A DNA stretch of 64,000 nucleotides from Nemertoderma westbladi (GCA_032718475.1 JAUCBJ010002740.1:979-64978); one strand, 5' to 3'. Shown: positions 12,500-26,199, counted from the first letter of the stretch. Numbers and translations are program-made. The notes: generated by a model not told the origin, from the sequence alone.

Positions 12500-13396
12500 A
12501 TGGGGCAGGTACGGTTACGGTAGGCCTACCTGAATAACGACACTATATTCCAGGACATGGTGTACAATAAATTAACGAACTAACTATGAGCCGGTTGCAA
12601 AAATAAGACTGTCAGACTGTGTCTGTAACCTAATAATAACCAATCAGCCAATGCTGCAATTTCTATGTCGGTATGTTCCTGACTCCTGAGTTAACGTTTA
12701 TTATTTTGATTCAGCAAGTTATTTTGATTTTGATTCATTTTGATTTTGATACAGCTGTAACTGGTAACCTGCTTCTTTCCATTAATGATAAAATATAAAG
12801 TAGTTTCCATTACCGGTATTGCTGGATTTGGTTAGAACTTAGAACTTGGAAATATCCACCACACCCGCACCACCCTCCCGTCACTGTCTGACAGTCTGAC
12901 TGTAAGTATAACCCGCTCCTTTTCCTTAAATTAAGAAATGGAAATACTGAAATACAGTTTCGTTATTCGTTTATGGTACAGGCTGACAGGTACGGTATTA
13001 TTATGTCATATGTTTGGAAATTCTGAAATTGGTTTCAAAAAATTACCGGTCGCCTACTGCAGTACTGCTGACTGCCTATGAAAATATCTAGGCGGAAGGA
13101 AGGTAGCGGTCAGCCGGTAGGGCCTATAAAAAAATTCTTGATTAAACAATTGTTTTGACTTCTTGGCACTTCTGCACTTGGCAGCTTGGTGCTTGGTTTC
13201 GCTTGAGCACTGCTAAAAAAAAATCGATTAAATTAAAAAAAATAACATGATGCAGTGATGGTTTCTGGTTTCATTTGAGGTTGAATACCGGTCAGCCGGT
13301 AAACTCACTAAAAAACAAAATATGAAATCACGGGCAGACGGGTCCACTCGTCCGCATATGCAGATATGTGACATTTGACATTCCCAGAGTCTCAGC

Positions 13397-14139
13397 CAGG
13401 GATGGCAAAAACCATGGTTTTTTTTAAAAAAATTTTTGGTTTTGGTTTTATTGTTTGGTTTTTTATGGTTTTTTTCGTTTTTTTATGGTTTTTCTGTGGT
13501 TTAAATATATCCAATACCGTACAGCAATACATACAAATGTAGGGCCTACGTACAACAGTCTGACAGTACTGCAGTACAACCCTTGCGCTTGCCCAATAGA
13601 CTGATAGAACAAAATACTGGAATAACTGAATACCGGTAAGGCCACATACAGTATGCTGGTTTGATATTGATAATACGCCAGCAAAGCGAGCAAAACCTTT
13701 TCATTAACATTGCAAAATGAACAGATGAAAAAGAAACACGAGCAAAACTCAAAGTGAGAGAAATTTGTTCATTCTAATCTAACAGCTGAACAGTGCAAAA
13801 TGACTGAATGATAAGATAAAGAAACGCGAGCAAAACTCATAGTCATAAGTGAGCGAAATTTTTTCCTTCTAACAGTGCAAAATAAAAAAAAAAGAAACGA
13901 GAGCAAAACTCAAAGTGAGCGAAATTTTCTCATTCTAACAGTCTGACAGTGCAAAATGAAAAAGAAACGCGACTACCAGTTTGCTTTATATTATTTACAG
14001 TGTTACCGTAATTGTAAAATTTTATGAAAAACCATAAAAAACCATAAAAAACCAATTTTTTCGCCTTTTTTTAAAAGTTGGTTAAACCAAAAAACCATAA
14101 AAACCCAATGGTGAGAAAAACCATTGGTTGCCAACCCTG
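13397..14139 (+). mobile_element. Non-autonomous hAT DNA transposon (copy 1)
   Basis: TIRs CAGGGATGGCAA...TTGCCAACCCTG; perfect 8-bp TSD GTCTCAGC (13389-13396 and 14140-14147); subterminal TGGTTTTT/AAAAACCA repeats. Confidence 0.92.
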
Positions 14140-14188
14140 GTCTCAGCAGAAAGGTGTGTTTTACGTCAGTACCTACGTACCCCGGTAC

Positions 14189-15175
14189 CAGGGATGGCAA
14201 AAACCATGGTTTTTTGAAAAAAAATTTTTGGTTTTGGTTTTATTGTTTGGTTTTTTATGGTTTTTTTCGGTTTTTTATGGTTTTTTATGGTTTTTCTGTG
14301 GTTTAATTAAATCCAATACAGCAATACATACAAATGTAGGGCCTACATACAGACATACAACAGTCTGACAGTACAACCCTTGCGCTTGCCCAATACAGCA
14401 ATACAATAGACTGATAGAACAAAATACTGGAATAACTGAATAAGGCCACATACAGTATGCTGGTTTGAAGCGTTTCTTCTGCTGTTCTGTTCTGTCCTTA
14501 CTCCAGTACTCTCATCCAACCCATCAGCTCAGCCCATGTCAGCATGCGACAAAATACTAACACAGTAACAACATACCAGCATACAACGTAAATATACATA
14601 CCAACGTCCAGACGTCTGCACTGCTCCACTGCACGCCAGGCTGCAAACCACCACTGACTGACTGAACCGCGCACAACGCCTGCGTACAATTTTTCAGCCC
14701 CGCACTGCCGCAATATTGGACAATACAGCAATATACCTACTGCGCATGCACCGAAAAAAAACGCGCACACCACATTTTAACAATGTAAACGAGAAACATA
14801 CGCCAGCGAAGCGAGCAAAACCTTTTCATTAACATTGCAAAATGAATGAACAGATGAAAAAGAAACGCGAGCAAAACTCAAAGTGAGAGAAATTTGTCCA
14901 TTCTAACAGCTGAACAGTGCACAGTGCAAAATGTAAGATAAAGAAACGCGAGCAAAACTCAAAGTGAGCGAAAATTTTTCCTTCTAACAGTGCAAAATGA
15001 AAAAGAAACGCGACTACCAGTCTGCTTTATATTATTTACAGCGTTAATTGTAAAATTTTATGAAAAACCATAAAAAACCATAAAAAACCAATTTTTTCGC
15101 CTTTTTTTAAAAGTTGGTTAAACCAAAAAACCATAAAAAACCAATGGTGAGAAAAACCATTGGTTGCCAACCCTG
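14189..15175 (+). mobile_element. Non-autonomous hAT DNA transposon (copy 2, longer internal region)
   Basis: Same TIRs as copy 1; own perfect 8-bp TSD CCCGGTAC (14181-14188 and 15176-15183). Confidence 0.92.
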
Positions 15176-17544
15176 CCCGGTACTAACGTAAGAAACAACA
15201 AACAGCGATATCCGGTACCGGTAGTTTCTTCCTACAGTCCTACGCTACGGAAATGATAGTACAGTAGTATCCCTGTATCCTGGTATCATTTGAGTATTAC
15301 TGTCTTAGGCAGTTAGGCCTACCGCTGTACCGGTAGGCAGGTAGGCCTACAGCTGTACAGTATTACTGTATTAACCACTACCAGACTACTCACTACAGCA
15401 CTAGGCAGCTAGGCCTACCCACTACCAATTACCGGACCGGTCTGCCGGTAAATACAGTACAGCAGTACCTACAGTAATAAACAACATAATTAACATTCTA
15501 TTGCTGTACCCGTCAGCGCGTCAGCCCGTATTGTTGAAAAAGCGGGCAGCTAGCTGCATCAGTCTGCTTATTTTATAAATCTTTCCATACCCTGTGTAGC
15601 AATTGTTCACTGTTGTTTGTTAGCTAATTGGCTAAAAATATTTTTTTAATGAAGGGATTCCTATTACCTGAGTGGCTGACTTCTGAGTTGAGGAAATTTT
15701 TTAACTTCAACATCTAAGCGCTAACTAGTACTCATTGCACAATAATTCACAAGAATGCTGAATTCGAGGTGGTGAGTGGTTCCATAATAATCATGCTTTC
15801 TCTATGAGTAATAAATTAATTTTATTTAAACTACCTAATTGATATCTAAAGATAACAGAGCGACACGATGAGCTTTGGTTTAAAGACCAAATCGGTATTA
15901 TGGTCAAACTTTACACTTGACAAACATCCTAGCTATTATTACATTATTATTATCAAAATTATCTGTTGATTCCCCACACATTTGTTATGGGTTGGGTTTA
16001 ATGGCTTATAAATTGGCAAATGTGGGCCATTAACCCGATGTGTTAACACTTCCATTCATATTCTCCCTTATGTATCGGTTAGATTTGCAATTTTCGGTGG
16101 TTAATCAGTGCATATGAATCAATTGCGTGAGCCTGAGCATTTCCAAAATTGTCCAAAAAGTGTACCATACTTAACGGAGGTTTTTTGTAAGAAAATGTGA
16201 ACTGATGCAGATTTAGATCACCATTTCTTAGATATTTTGTTGCCATGTATGGGTTGTATCATTGAGATTGCTACGTCAAAATTTATTTGGCCAGTTCGAA
16301 AAAACGGTTATATCCCATAACGGGACGGATGTCCCATACTTGACATTGTGTTGGGTTAGAAGTAAATTATGGTCTAAACAATGAATTACTTAATTTAATT
16401 AATGGTTTGGGGCTTACCAGTCACAGATAAACTGTAACCAGGCTCCTTCCCCTTAATTGACAACAGAGCAAATTAACTATTTGTGTAAATTATTATTATT
16501 ATTCATTTTAATCCGGATAATATAGTAAAATAATACACATTATCCATATTCTAATTACGTCCTAAAATTAACCTAGTGATTATAATGTAATTAAGTATTA
16601 TAAGCACAGAAATAATGAATATTAGTATAACTATGCAATCTTGCATTGACCGCATTCTGGAACAGTGCTGCGTTCCCACGACAACTGTTGTAATTACTTT
16701 GGTTAGGAAAGGGTTTTGAAATTGGGACAATAGTTGAGAATGGGATGAATGTTGGGAATGGAAAAGGAGTTTGCAGTGGGATGGACGATAAACTGGATTG
16801 AATTGAATTGAATTGAACTGGATCAAAAATTTTGTGTATCACATTGTTATTAACTGGAAAAAAAATATTTAGCCCCACTTTTCACGTCAAAGTTTCCCAT
16901 AAAGTGAAACTTTATGTTGTCACTGCACTGGTTTAAAAATTTCTTATCCGTGACAGAATTTTAAATTTTTTTATCACTAGAAAACTTTCTAGTTTATTCT
17001 GATATCTCTTGCCGGATACCTCAATACCGCCATTAAACTATTGACACTTCCAATTTTCAAGAATATTGACATGAAGTACGAAAAAAAATTGGTATAAATT
17101 TCCTATACGTGAAAAAATTCATGCATTTAGGAATCTTTCTCTCAATAACGGCCAATAAATTTTTGGGGCACTTTCTGGTTTCATATGGAGAAATTATCAT
17201 TCTTTCTAAAAATCAATATGGCGAATTCTCAAAGTTAATTTCAAAATCCGACAAATCTCAAAAATCACGTACGGGACGCAGGTCAATATGGTTGGCATTG
17301 ACCCATATATTTATTTATGTAAAATGTTCTAGAGGAAATTATTTTTGTTCCATTCTTTAAAAGATCTAAAGTGATACAGTATAAAAAACAACTTCGTTTG
17401 TAAATGATAACGAACATGTTCTCTGGAAGGGTACAATAGAGAAGTAGCTTAAAGCAGGTACGCGCGCGATGGTTGAGATTTACACCAGATTATTCGATAG
17501 CTATTTAAACTTACTTACGTATAAATCACACTTTCTAGTCTCCA

Positions 17545-18640
17545 GTGGGGCGAGCCACGAAGTTGGCGGAGCCTTAGCGAACTGACACTGTTAGGGGGTG
17601 GATAAATTTTTGAAAATAGTTGAAATTGTCGTTGTCATCGTCATCGCTACGATTTTGACATACTAATAACTTTGTCGGATTTAAATCTGTCGAGTTAAGA
17701 ATTTGTAGTCATCAATAGGACCAAAAGATTAGATTTTTAAGAGACTTTTAGACACTATTAGTTCAACAGTGTCCAGCTAGAGGGCTACATGTCTAAACAA
17801 TAAATTTCCTCCCATTGCTTTGCTTTTACTTCGTTCAAGCTGAACCTTGTCAGATATGATGTAGACCATTAGCTGTTTCTTGCCCAAAGAAGGATAATCC
17901 GTCTGCAGTTTAGCAGTCTACCGCTAGAGGGAGGAATGTCTGTAAGTGGAATTCTTTATTTATAATCGGTTCGAGCTGAAACTTGCCATATATGCATTAG
18001 AACACAACCTGCGTCTTTGTGGGGCCTGTAATCGATCTGCACTTCTCCAGTCTGCCGCTAAAGAATATAGAAATAGAAATAAAATGAAATAGAAATAGAA
18101 AATTTATAAAAAGTGACAACCTTCCCTATTTCGTTGATCTTCATCTGTTTAAGTTGAATATTGGAGTATATGTATTTGACCACATGTTGCATCTTATTGA
18201 GAAATGTGGTCGGCCTGCGTTCTCCAGTCTGCCGCTAGATGGCGATATGTCTGAAAGTGAAAACATTCTTCATTTTCGTTATTTATTATCCTTTCAAGTT
18301 GAATCCTCCATACTCCTCCGCATGCTGCATCTTGGTGGGGACGCTAATACACCTGCAGTTTTCCAGTTTATCACTAATGGATGTTAATGGGGGTTTACTG
18401 TGTAATGGATGTTAATGGGGGTTTACTGTGTATGGATGTTAATGTGGGTTTACTGTGTATGGATGTTAATGTGGGTTTACTGTGTAATGAATGTTAATGG
18501 GGGTTTACTGTGTATGGATGTTAATGTGGGTTTACTAGCAAATGTCATGGGTGATAGGGAGTTGTGGCGGTGCAATTTTGTTGACAAGCCGGCACAGCAT
18601 TCTTAAAAATGCAGCTGCAATGCAGCATGCCGATCCTAGT
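17545..18640 (+). mobile_element. Probable non-autonomous Helitron/Helentron-like element with ~150-bp internal subrepeats
   Basis: The 5' motif GGGGCGAGCCACGAAGT..GAGCCTTAGC is shared with ~55821; 3' hairpin GCTGCAATGCAGC followed by CTAGT; the subrepeats are shared with 34950-35500. Boundaries uncertain. Confidence 0.45.
17903..18245 (+). promoter_or_regulatory. Cluster of CTCF-like bipartite motifs (forward)
   Basis: CTGCAG...CCGCTAGAGGGA (17903-17932), CTGCAC...CCGCTAAAG (18037-18063), CTGCG...CCGCTAGATGGCG (~18215-18244); resembles the CTCF core CCASYAGRKGGC with an upstream TGCAG module. Confidence 0.5.
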
Positions 18641-18817
18641 AGGGTTTACTGTGTAATGAATGTTAATGGGGGTTTACTGTGTATGGATGTTAATGTGGGT
18701 TTACTGTGTAATGAATGTTAATGGGGGTTTACTGTGTAATGGATGTTAATGGGGGTTTACTGTGTATGGTTGTTAATGGGGGTTTACTGTGTAATGGATG
18801 TTAATGGGGGTTTACTG
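18376..18817. repeat. 27/28-bp minisatellite (TGGATGTTAATGGGGGTTTACTGTGTA), two blocks interrupted at ~18538-18641
   Basis: Direct reading, roughly 12 copies in total. Confidence 0.9.
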
Positions 18818-19690
18818 CATCATGTATGCATCCTACACAATTTTCGTGATGATTGATCAACTTCTGGTTGAACTAAACAGTTGATTCTATCTAGGCTCAT
18901 TCGAAACCCAATGACCGACTTTCAAAATCGGATTTAATGAAATAAATTCTTGAAATATTGCCCGAAAAGATCTGGGCAGGGCCTATACATAGATATCACC
19001 AATGCTTAGTTCATGATTCAATCTAAAGATTTTGTACAAAATGTCGATAAATATTCTCTAATTTTTTGTATTTATGGTAAGGTACTAATGGTACACGAAT
19101 ACATGGTCTGCACAGGGACGGATTATGGCATTCACCACTTAAAAAATATGCTAGGCCTATATAAATAATGCCATACCGGTAACTATTTCTTGAAACAAGT
19201 CAAAACAATTTTTGCGGAATATTCCTCTCGGCCTACATACATAATTCTGCAAACAGAACGAATATCGGTTGAGTAGTTAAAAAGTAGATAGAGAAAGTGT
19301 CCCAAAAAAGCCAAGGCGAGAAAAATGACATTTCAATTTCCTCTTGATTACAACTGAACAAAAATAACTCTAGAACTAAACAACTTATCGAAAAACTGAT
19401 TTCAGATTCGGAATTACCACCCCACACCCCCCCCCCCCCCCCCCCCCCTAATGGGCCCTTCTATTTTGTTTCAAATGGAAACAAATGGTTAATGTTAAAT
19501 TAATTTGTTTATGTTAAATGGTATCAAACCTCTGCAAATTATGTCCCGGGCAGCTGTAGGTACATACATAAGTCCTCTGGGCTCTTACTGCTGAAGCCAC
19601 GAGATCCCTTGAAGGTATTGTACATACACCACGACTCCATTGCCTAGTAACCAATTCATAGCTACTGTATGGTTTTCACTTGAGATATTT

Positions 19691-19868
19691 CGCCCTCTAG
19701 CGGCAGCCTTCTGAACTTCAGACTACTCTGTGACTCCGTGAAAGATATAGCCTATGATATAGTAGATGCCTACCGAGTTTAAACCTAATCGGAATGAAAA
19801 TAACAAAGTTAGAAAATATGTTAATTTTCAGATAATACGCCCTCTAGCGGCAGACTATGGTACTGCAG
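19691..19868 (-). promoter_or_regulatory. Two CTCF-like bipartite motifs (reverse orientation)
   Basis: Reverse complement of 19838-19868 is CTGCAGTACCATAGTCTGCCGCTAGAGGGCG; of 19691-19721 is CTGAAGTTCAGAAGGCTGCCGCTAGAGGGCG. Confidence 0.55.
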
Positions 19869-20220
19869 GCGGCTGGATATAGGTAAGAGTAATTAGTAAT
19901 CAGAGGTATCACGAAAGGGGGGCGGGGCGTTTGGATCCAAATATTATTAAAAACCTGTTGCTTGGTTAAAGCTAATTGGGGGTCAAAAGTCAACAATAAA
20001 GCTGTCTGGCTATAGATAAGAGTAATTAGTTACCAGTAAGGGAGCTGTATACCCTAGGGCTAAGTATAACGAGATGAAAGTTAATGAGGTCATTTAGAAA
20101 GTAATATATAAACTAATTAATGGTAAATCTAAAAATAGAAATAAATTGAATAAATTAAAATGAAATACAAATAAATAAGTATCAATAAATAAAAGAGCTG
20201 AGGTGTCACTTATGACACCC

Positions 20221-20508
20221 TCTTGGGCAGCTTTGTGAGAGCACTGATGACCATTGCGTGTCAGTGCGCTAATCAGTCTGATTAATTAGGATAATCAATT
20301 AAACCCTAATTAGAAGTCATAAGACACCTATTAGGGTTTAATTGTACTAATTAATTGATGACACCTGTCAATTATGGTCTAATTAGCCTAATTAGGAGGT
20401 GGCACCCAGACAGTCTGGCGCCAATGACACCCATAGGGTGATAAAAGGGTGTCATATGATACCCAATGGGTGTCAGTGGGGTCTAACTGTCACAAAGCCG
20501 CCCAAGAC
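20221..20508. mobile_element. MITE-like element
   Basis: TCTTGGGCAGCTTTGTGA pairs with TCACAAAGCCGCCCAAGA; internal GACACC/GGTGTC motifs. Confidence 0.5.
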
Positions 20509-20743
20509 TCTACTACTAACGTCTATAGTTAGAAACTGGTCTTGGTAATATACAGGTAGATGAATTGGGGAATTACATATGGCTGATCGCGAAGTGTGAA
20601 GGTGTAGTTTTAAGGGTGCGGCCGATTATCGATCCCAGTTACGAGGCCAATGTATGTAGGTATCTGTAGACTGGCTCAATGAAATTTAACTAATAATAAC
20701 AGTTGATTTTCACAACGTTTTTGATGGACGCTTTTTGATGATA

Positions 20744-21116
20744 GAACGACGGCAGATGACAGTTTCCCAGGATGAAGTAAGCAAGCTTAACATACCGATA
20801 CCATTATTTCATCCGTTGCCATGTGCAAGATTCAAGGATGAAGCCCATTTTCTAATAATCGTAAGCCTTTTCTACGTATTAGTCATCATCTGGTACTTTA
20901 CATAGACCTAAGCTTACTACGATGACAATAAAATTTTACATCCGAACATACGAATCTATCATTTGTATTGTACAAGAGATTATAGTAGGATTAACATCTG
21001 GTGTATTGTAGGATTATACACAAGAGATAGGTGGAACGATGAAAAATAGTTCACTTTGTCTTATTTTGATATCGGCGTTGTTGTCAGAAAACCAAAGGTA
21101 AGTTCTCCAAATGTAA
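20744..21116 (+). repeat. ~375-bp unique leader preceding 41-bp satellite array A (duplicated at 27047-27419)
   Basis: Near-identical sequence at a constant 6303-bp offset; includes AAG|GTAAGT just before the array. Confidence 0.93.
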
Positions 21117-24100
21117 TTTTCACTTCCCACAGAAATGCTGTCATTTATGTGAGTTCTTTTTCACTTCCCTCAGAAATGCTGCCATTTCTGTTGGGTTCTT
21201 TTTCACTTCCCACATAAATACTGTCAGTTCTGTGGGTTCTTTTTCACATCGATCGTAAATGCTGTCTTTTCTGTGGGTTCTTTTTCACTTTGATCAGAAA
21301 TGACGTCACTTCTGTTTTATTTTTGCCATTTATGAGGGTTCTTTTTCACTTCCCTCAGAAATGCTGTCATTTATGTGGGTTCTTTGTCACTTCATTCGGA
21401 AATGCTCTCATTTCTCTGGGTTCTTTTTCACTTCCATCAGAAATATCAGAAATGCTGCCATTTCTGTGGGTTATTTTTCACTTATATCAAAAATGCTGCC
21501 ATTTCTGAGTGTTCTTTATCACTTCCCTCAGAAATGCTGTCTTTTCTGTGGGTTCTTTTTCACTTTGATCAGAAATGACGTCATTTCTGTGGGTTCTTTT
21601 TCACTTCCCTCAGAAATGCTCTCATTTAGGAGGGTTATTTTTCACTTATATCAGAAATGCTGTCATTTCTGTGGTTTCTTTTTTACTTCCCTTAGAATGC
21701 TATCATTTCTGTGGGCTCTTTTTCATTTCCCTCAAAAATGCTGCCATTTCTGAGGGTTCTTCTTCACTTCCCTCCGAAATGCTGTCATTTCTGCGGGTTC
21801 TCTTTCACTTATATCAGAAATGCTGTCATTTCTGTGGTTTCTTTTTTACTTCCCTTAGAAATGCTATCATTTCTGTGGGCTCTTTTTCATTTCCCTCAAA
21901 AATGCTGCCATTTCTGAGGGTTCTTCTTCACCTCCCTCCGAAATGCTGTCATTTCTGAGGGTTCTTTTTCACTTCACTCAGAAATACTCTCATTTCTGTG
22001 GTTTCTTTTTTACTTCCCTTAGAAATGCTATCATTTCTGTGGGCTCTTTTTCATTTCCCTCAAAAATGCTGCCATTTCTGAGGGTTCTTTTTCACTTCAC
22101 TCAGAAATACTCTCATTTCTGTGGGTTCTTTTCACTTCCCTCAGAAATGCTCTCATTTCTCTGGGATCTTTTTCACTTCCCTCAGAAATGCTGTCATTTC
22201 TGTTGGGTTCTTTTTCACTTCCCACATAAATGCTGTCAGTTCTGTGGGTTCTTTTTCATTTCCCTCAAAAATGCTGCCATTTCTGAGGGTTCTTTTTCAC
22301 TTCCCACAGAAATGCTCTCATTTCTGTGGGTTCTCTTTCACTTCGATCTGAAATGCTGTCATTTATGTGGACTCTTTTTCACTTCCCTCAGAAATGCTGT
22401 CATTTCTGTTGGGTTCTTTTTCACTTCCCACAGAAATGCTCTCATTTCTGTGGGTTCTCTTTCACTTCGATCTGAAATGCTGTCATTTATGTGGACTCTT
22501 TTTCACTTCCCTCAGAAATGCTGTCATTTCTGTTGGGTTCTTTTTCACTTCCCACATAAATGCTGTCAGTTCTGTGGGTTCTTTTTCATTTCCCTCAAAA
22601 ATGCTGCCATTTCTGAGGGTTCTTTTTCACTTCCCACAGAAATGCTCTCATTTCTGTGGGTTCTCTTTCACTTCGATCTGAAATGCTGTCATTTATGTGG
22701 ACTCTTTTTCACTTCCCTCAGAAATGCTGTCATTTCTGTTGGGTTCTTTTTCACTTCCCACAGAAATGCTCTCATTTCTGTGGGTTCTCTTTCACTTCGA
22801 TCTGAAATGCTGTCATTTATGTGGACTCTTTTTCACTTCCCTCAGAAATGCTGTCATTTCTGTTGGGTTCTTTTTCACTTCCCACATAAATGCTGTCAGT
22901 TCTGTGGGTTCTTTTTCACATCGATCGTAAATGCTGTCTTTTCTGTGGGTTCTTTTTCACTTTGATCAGAAATGACGTCACTTCTGTTTTATTTTTGCCA
23001 TTTATGAGGGTTCTTTTTCACTTCCCTCAGAAATGCTGTCATTTATGTGGGTTCTTTGTCACTTCATTCGGAAATGCTCTCATTTCTCTGGGTTCTTTTT
23101 CACTTCCCACATAAATGCTGTCAGTTCTGTGGGTTCTTTTTCACATCGATCGTAAATGCTGTCTTTTCTGTGGGTTCTTTTTCACTTTGATCAGAAATGA
23201 CGTCACTTCTGTTTTATTTTTGCCATTTATGAGGGTTCTTTTTCACTTCCCTCAGAAATGCTGTCATTTATGTGGGTTCTTTGTCACTTCATTCGGAAAT
23301 GCTCTCATTTCTCTGGGTTCTTTTTCACTTCCCACATAAATGCTGTCAGTTCTGTGGGTTCTTTTTCACATCGATCGTAAATGCTGTCTTTTCTGTGGGT
23401 TCTTTTTCACTTTGATCAGAAATGACGTCACTTCTGTTTTATTTTTGCCATTTATGAGGGTTCTTTTTCACTTCCCTCAGAAATGCTGTCATTTATGTGG
23501 GTTCTTTGTCACTTCATTCGGAAATGCTCTCATTTCTCTGGGTTCTTTTTCACTTCCCACATAAATGCTGTCAGTTCTGTGGGTTCTTTTTCACATCGAT
23601 CGTAAATGCTGTCTTTTCTGTGGGTTCTTTTTCACTTTGATCAGAAATGACGTCACTTCTGTTTTATTTTTGCCATTTATGAGGGTTCTTTTTCACTTCC
23701 CTCAGAAATGCTGTCATTTATGTGGGTTCTTTGTCACTTCATTCGGAAATGCTCTCATTTCTCTGGGTTCTTTTTCACTTCCCACATAAATGCTGTCAGT
23801 TCTGTGGGTTCTTTTTCACATCGATCGTAAATGCTGTCTTTTCTGTGGGTTCTTTTTCACTTTGATCAGAAATGACGTCACTTCTGTTTTATTTTTGCCA
23901 TTTATGAGGGTTCTTTTTCACTTCCCTCAGAAATGCTGTCATTTATGTGGGTTCTTTGTCACTTCATTCGGAAATGCTCTCATTTCTCTGGGTTCTTTTT
24001 CACTTCCCACATAAATGCTGTCAGTTCTGTGGGTTCTTTTTCACATCGATCGTAAATGCTGTCTTTTCTGTGGGTTCTTTTTCACTTTGATCAGAAATGA

Positions 24101-25858
24101 CGTCACTTCTGTTTTATTTTTGCCATTTATGAGGGTTCTTTTTCACTTCCCTCAGAAATGCTGTCATTTATGTGGGTTCTTTGTCACTTCATTCGGAAAT
24201 GCTCTCATTTCTCTGGGTTCTTTTTCACTTCCCACATAAATGCTGTCAGTTCTGTGGGTTCTTTTTCACATCGATCGTAAATGCTGTCTTTTCTGTGGGT
24301 TCTTTTTCACTTTGATCAGAAATGACGTCACTTCTGTTTTATTTTTGCCATTTATGTGGGTTCTTTGTCACTTCATTCGGAAATGCTCTCATTTCTCTGG
24401 GTTCTTTTTCACTTCCATCAGAAATATCAGAAATGCTGCCATTTCTGTGGGTTATTTTTCACTTATATCAAAAATGCTGCCATTTCTGAGTGTTCTTTAT
24501 CACTTCCCTCAGAAATGCTGTCTTTTCTGTGGGTTCTTTTTCACTTTGATCAGAAATGACGTCATTTCTGTGGGTTCTTTTTCACTTCCCTCAGAAATGC
24601 TGTCATTTATGTGGGTTCTTTGTCACTTCATTCGGAAATGCTCTCATTTCTCTGGGTTCTTTTTCACTTCCATCAGAAATATCAGAAATGCTGCCATTTC
24701 TGTGGGTTATTTTTCACTTATATCAAAAATGCTGCCATTTCTGAGTGTTCTTTATCACTTCCCTCAGAAATGCTGTCTTTTCTGTGGGTTCTTTTTCACT
24801 TTGATCAGAAATGACGTCATTTCTGTGGGTTCTTTTTCACTTCCCTCAGAAATGCTCTCATTTAGGAGGGTTATTTTTCACTTATATCAGAAATGCTGTC
24901 ATTTCTGTGGTTTCTTTTTTACTTCCCTTAGAAATGCTATCATTTCTGTGGGCTCTTTTTCATTTCCCTCAAAAATGCTGCCATTTCTGAGGGTTCTTCT
25001 TCACTTCCCTCCGAAATGCTGTCATTTCTGAGGGTTCTTTTTCACTTCACTCAGAAATACTCTCATTTCTGTGGTTTCTTTTTTACTTCCCTTAGAAATG
25101 CTATCATTTCTGTGGGCTCTTTTTCATTTCCCTCAAAAATGCTGCCATTTCTGAGGGTTCTTTTTCACTTCACTCAGAAATACTCTCATTTCTGTGGGTT
25201 CTTTTCACTTCCCTCAGAAATGCTCTCATTTCTCTGGGTTCTTTTTCACTTCCCTCAGAAATGCTCTCATATCTGTGGGTTATTTTTCACTTATATCAAA
25301 AATGATGCCATTTCTGCGGGTTCTTTTTCACTTTGATCAGAAATGACGTCATTTCTGTGGGTTCTTTTTCACTTCCCTTAGAAATGCTGTCATTTATGTG
25401 GGTTCTTTTTCACTTCCCTCAGAAATGCTCTCATTTCTGTGCGTTCTTTTTCACTGTGATCTGAAATGCTGTCATTTCTGCGGATTCTCCTTCACTTATA
25501 TCAGAAATGCTGTCATTTCTGCGGTTTCTTTTTCACTTCCACTTCCCTCAGAAATACTGCCATATATGAGGGTTCTTTTTCACTTATATCAGAAATGCTG
25601 TCATTTCTGTGGTTTCTTTTTCACTTCCCTTAGAAATACTATCATTTCTGTGGGTTCTTTGTCACTTCCCTCGGAAATGCTCTCATTTCTCCGGGTTATT
25701 TTTCACTTATATCAAAAATGATGCCATTTCTGCGGGTTCTTTTTCACTTTGATCAGAAATGACGTCATTTCTGTGGGTTCTTTTTCACTTCCCTTAGAAA
25801 TGCTGCCATTTCTGAGGGTTCTTCTTCACTTCCCTCAGAAATGCTGTCATTTCTGTGT
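21117..25858. repeat. 41-bp hairpin satellite, array A, including a 225-bp higher-order repeat (~22870-24350)
   Basis: Consensus TTCTTTTTCACTT-CCCWCAGAAATG-CTGT-CATTTCTGWGGG; identical pseudo-ORFs every 225 bp (22890, 23115, ... 24240). Confidence 0.97.
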
Positions 25859-26199
25859 GTAGAATTCTGAAGAAATTTTTGCATTAATCGGATCACTTAT
25901 TCACTTAATATACAACGGTTCGAATACACATGCGTCTCCAGGGTTACTCCCTTGCGCCATACTTAATCATCATTGTGGTGGATTATATTTTACGCATTTC
26001 CTTAGACCATCATAATAAAGATGATAAGGGTGATGATATATATATACCCTATTGGCTCCAGAAGTCGAGGAAATCCAGCCAAGCACATTACTGATCTCGA
26101 AATTGCTGAGTACTTAGGAGTACTTTTAGAATCACCGGCTCCTTAGTTCATTGGAGCAAGCTGCTTCTACTGTCCGATGAACTTTTAGAAGTTTTTTTT

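Noticed and set aside
21050-21097. FTLSYFDIGVVVRKPK as an ionotropic receptor fragment
   Set aside because: Similarity too short, with an in-frame stop immediately upstream and no further matching exons.
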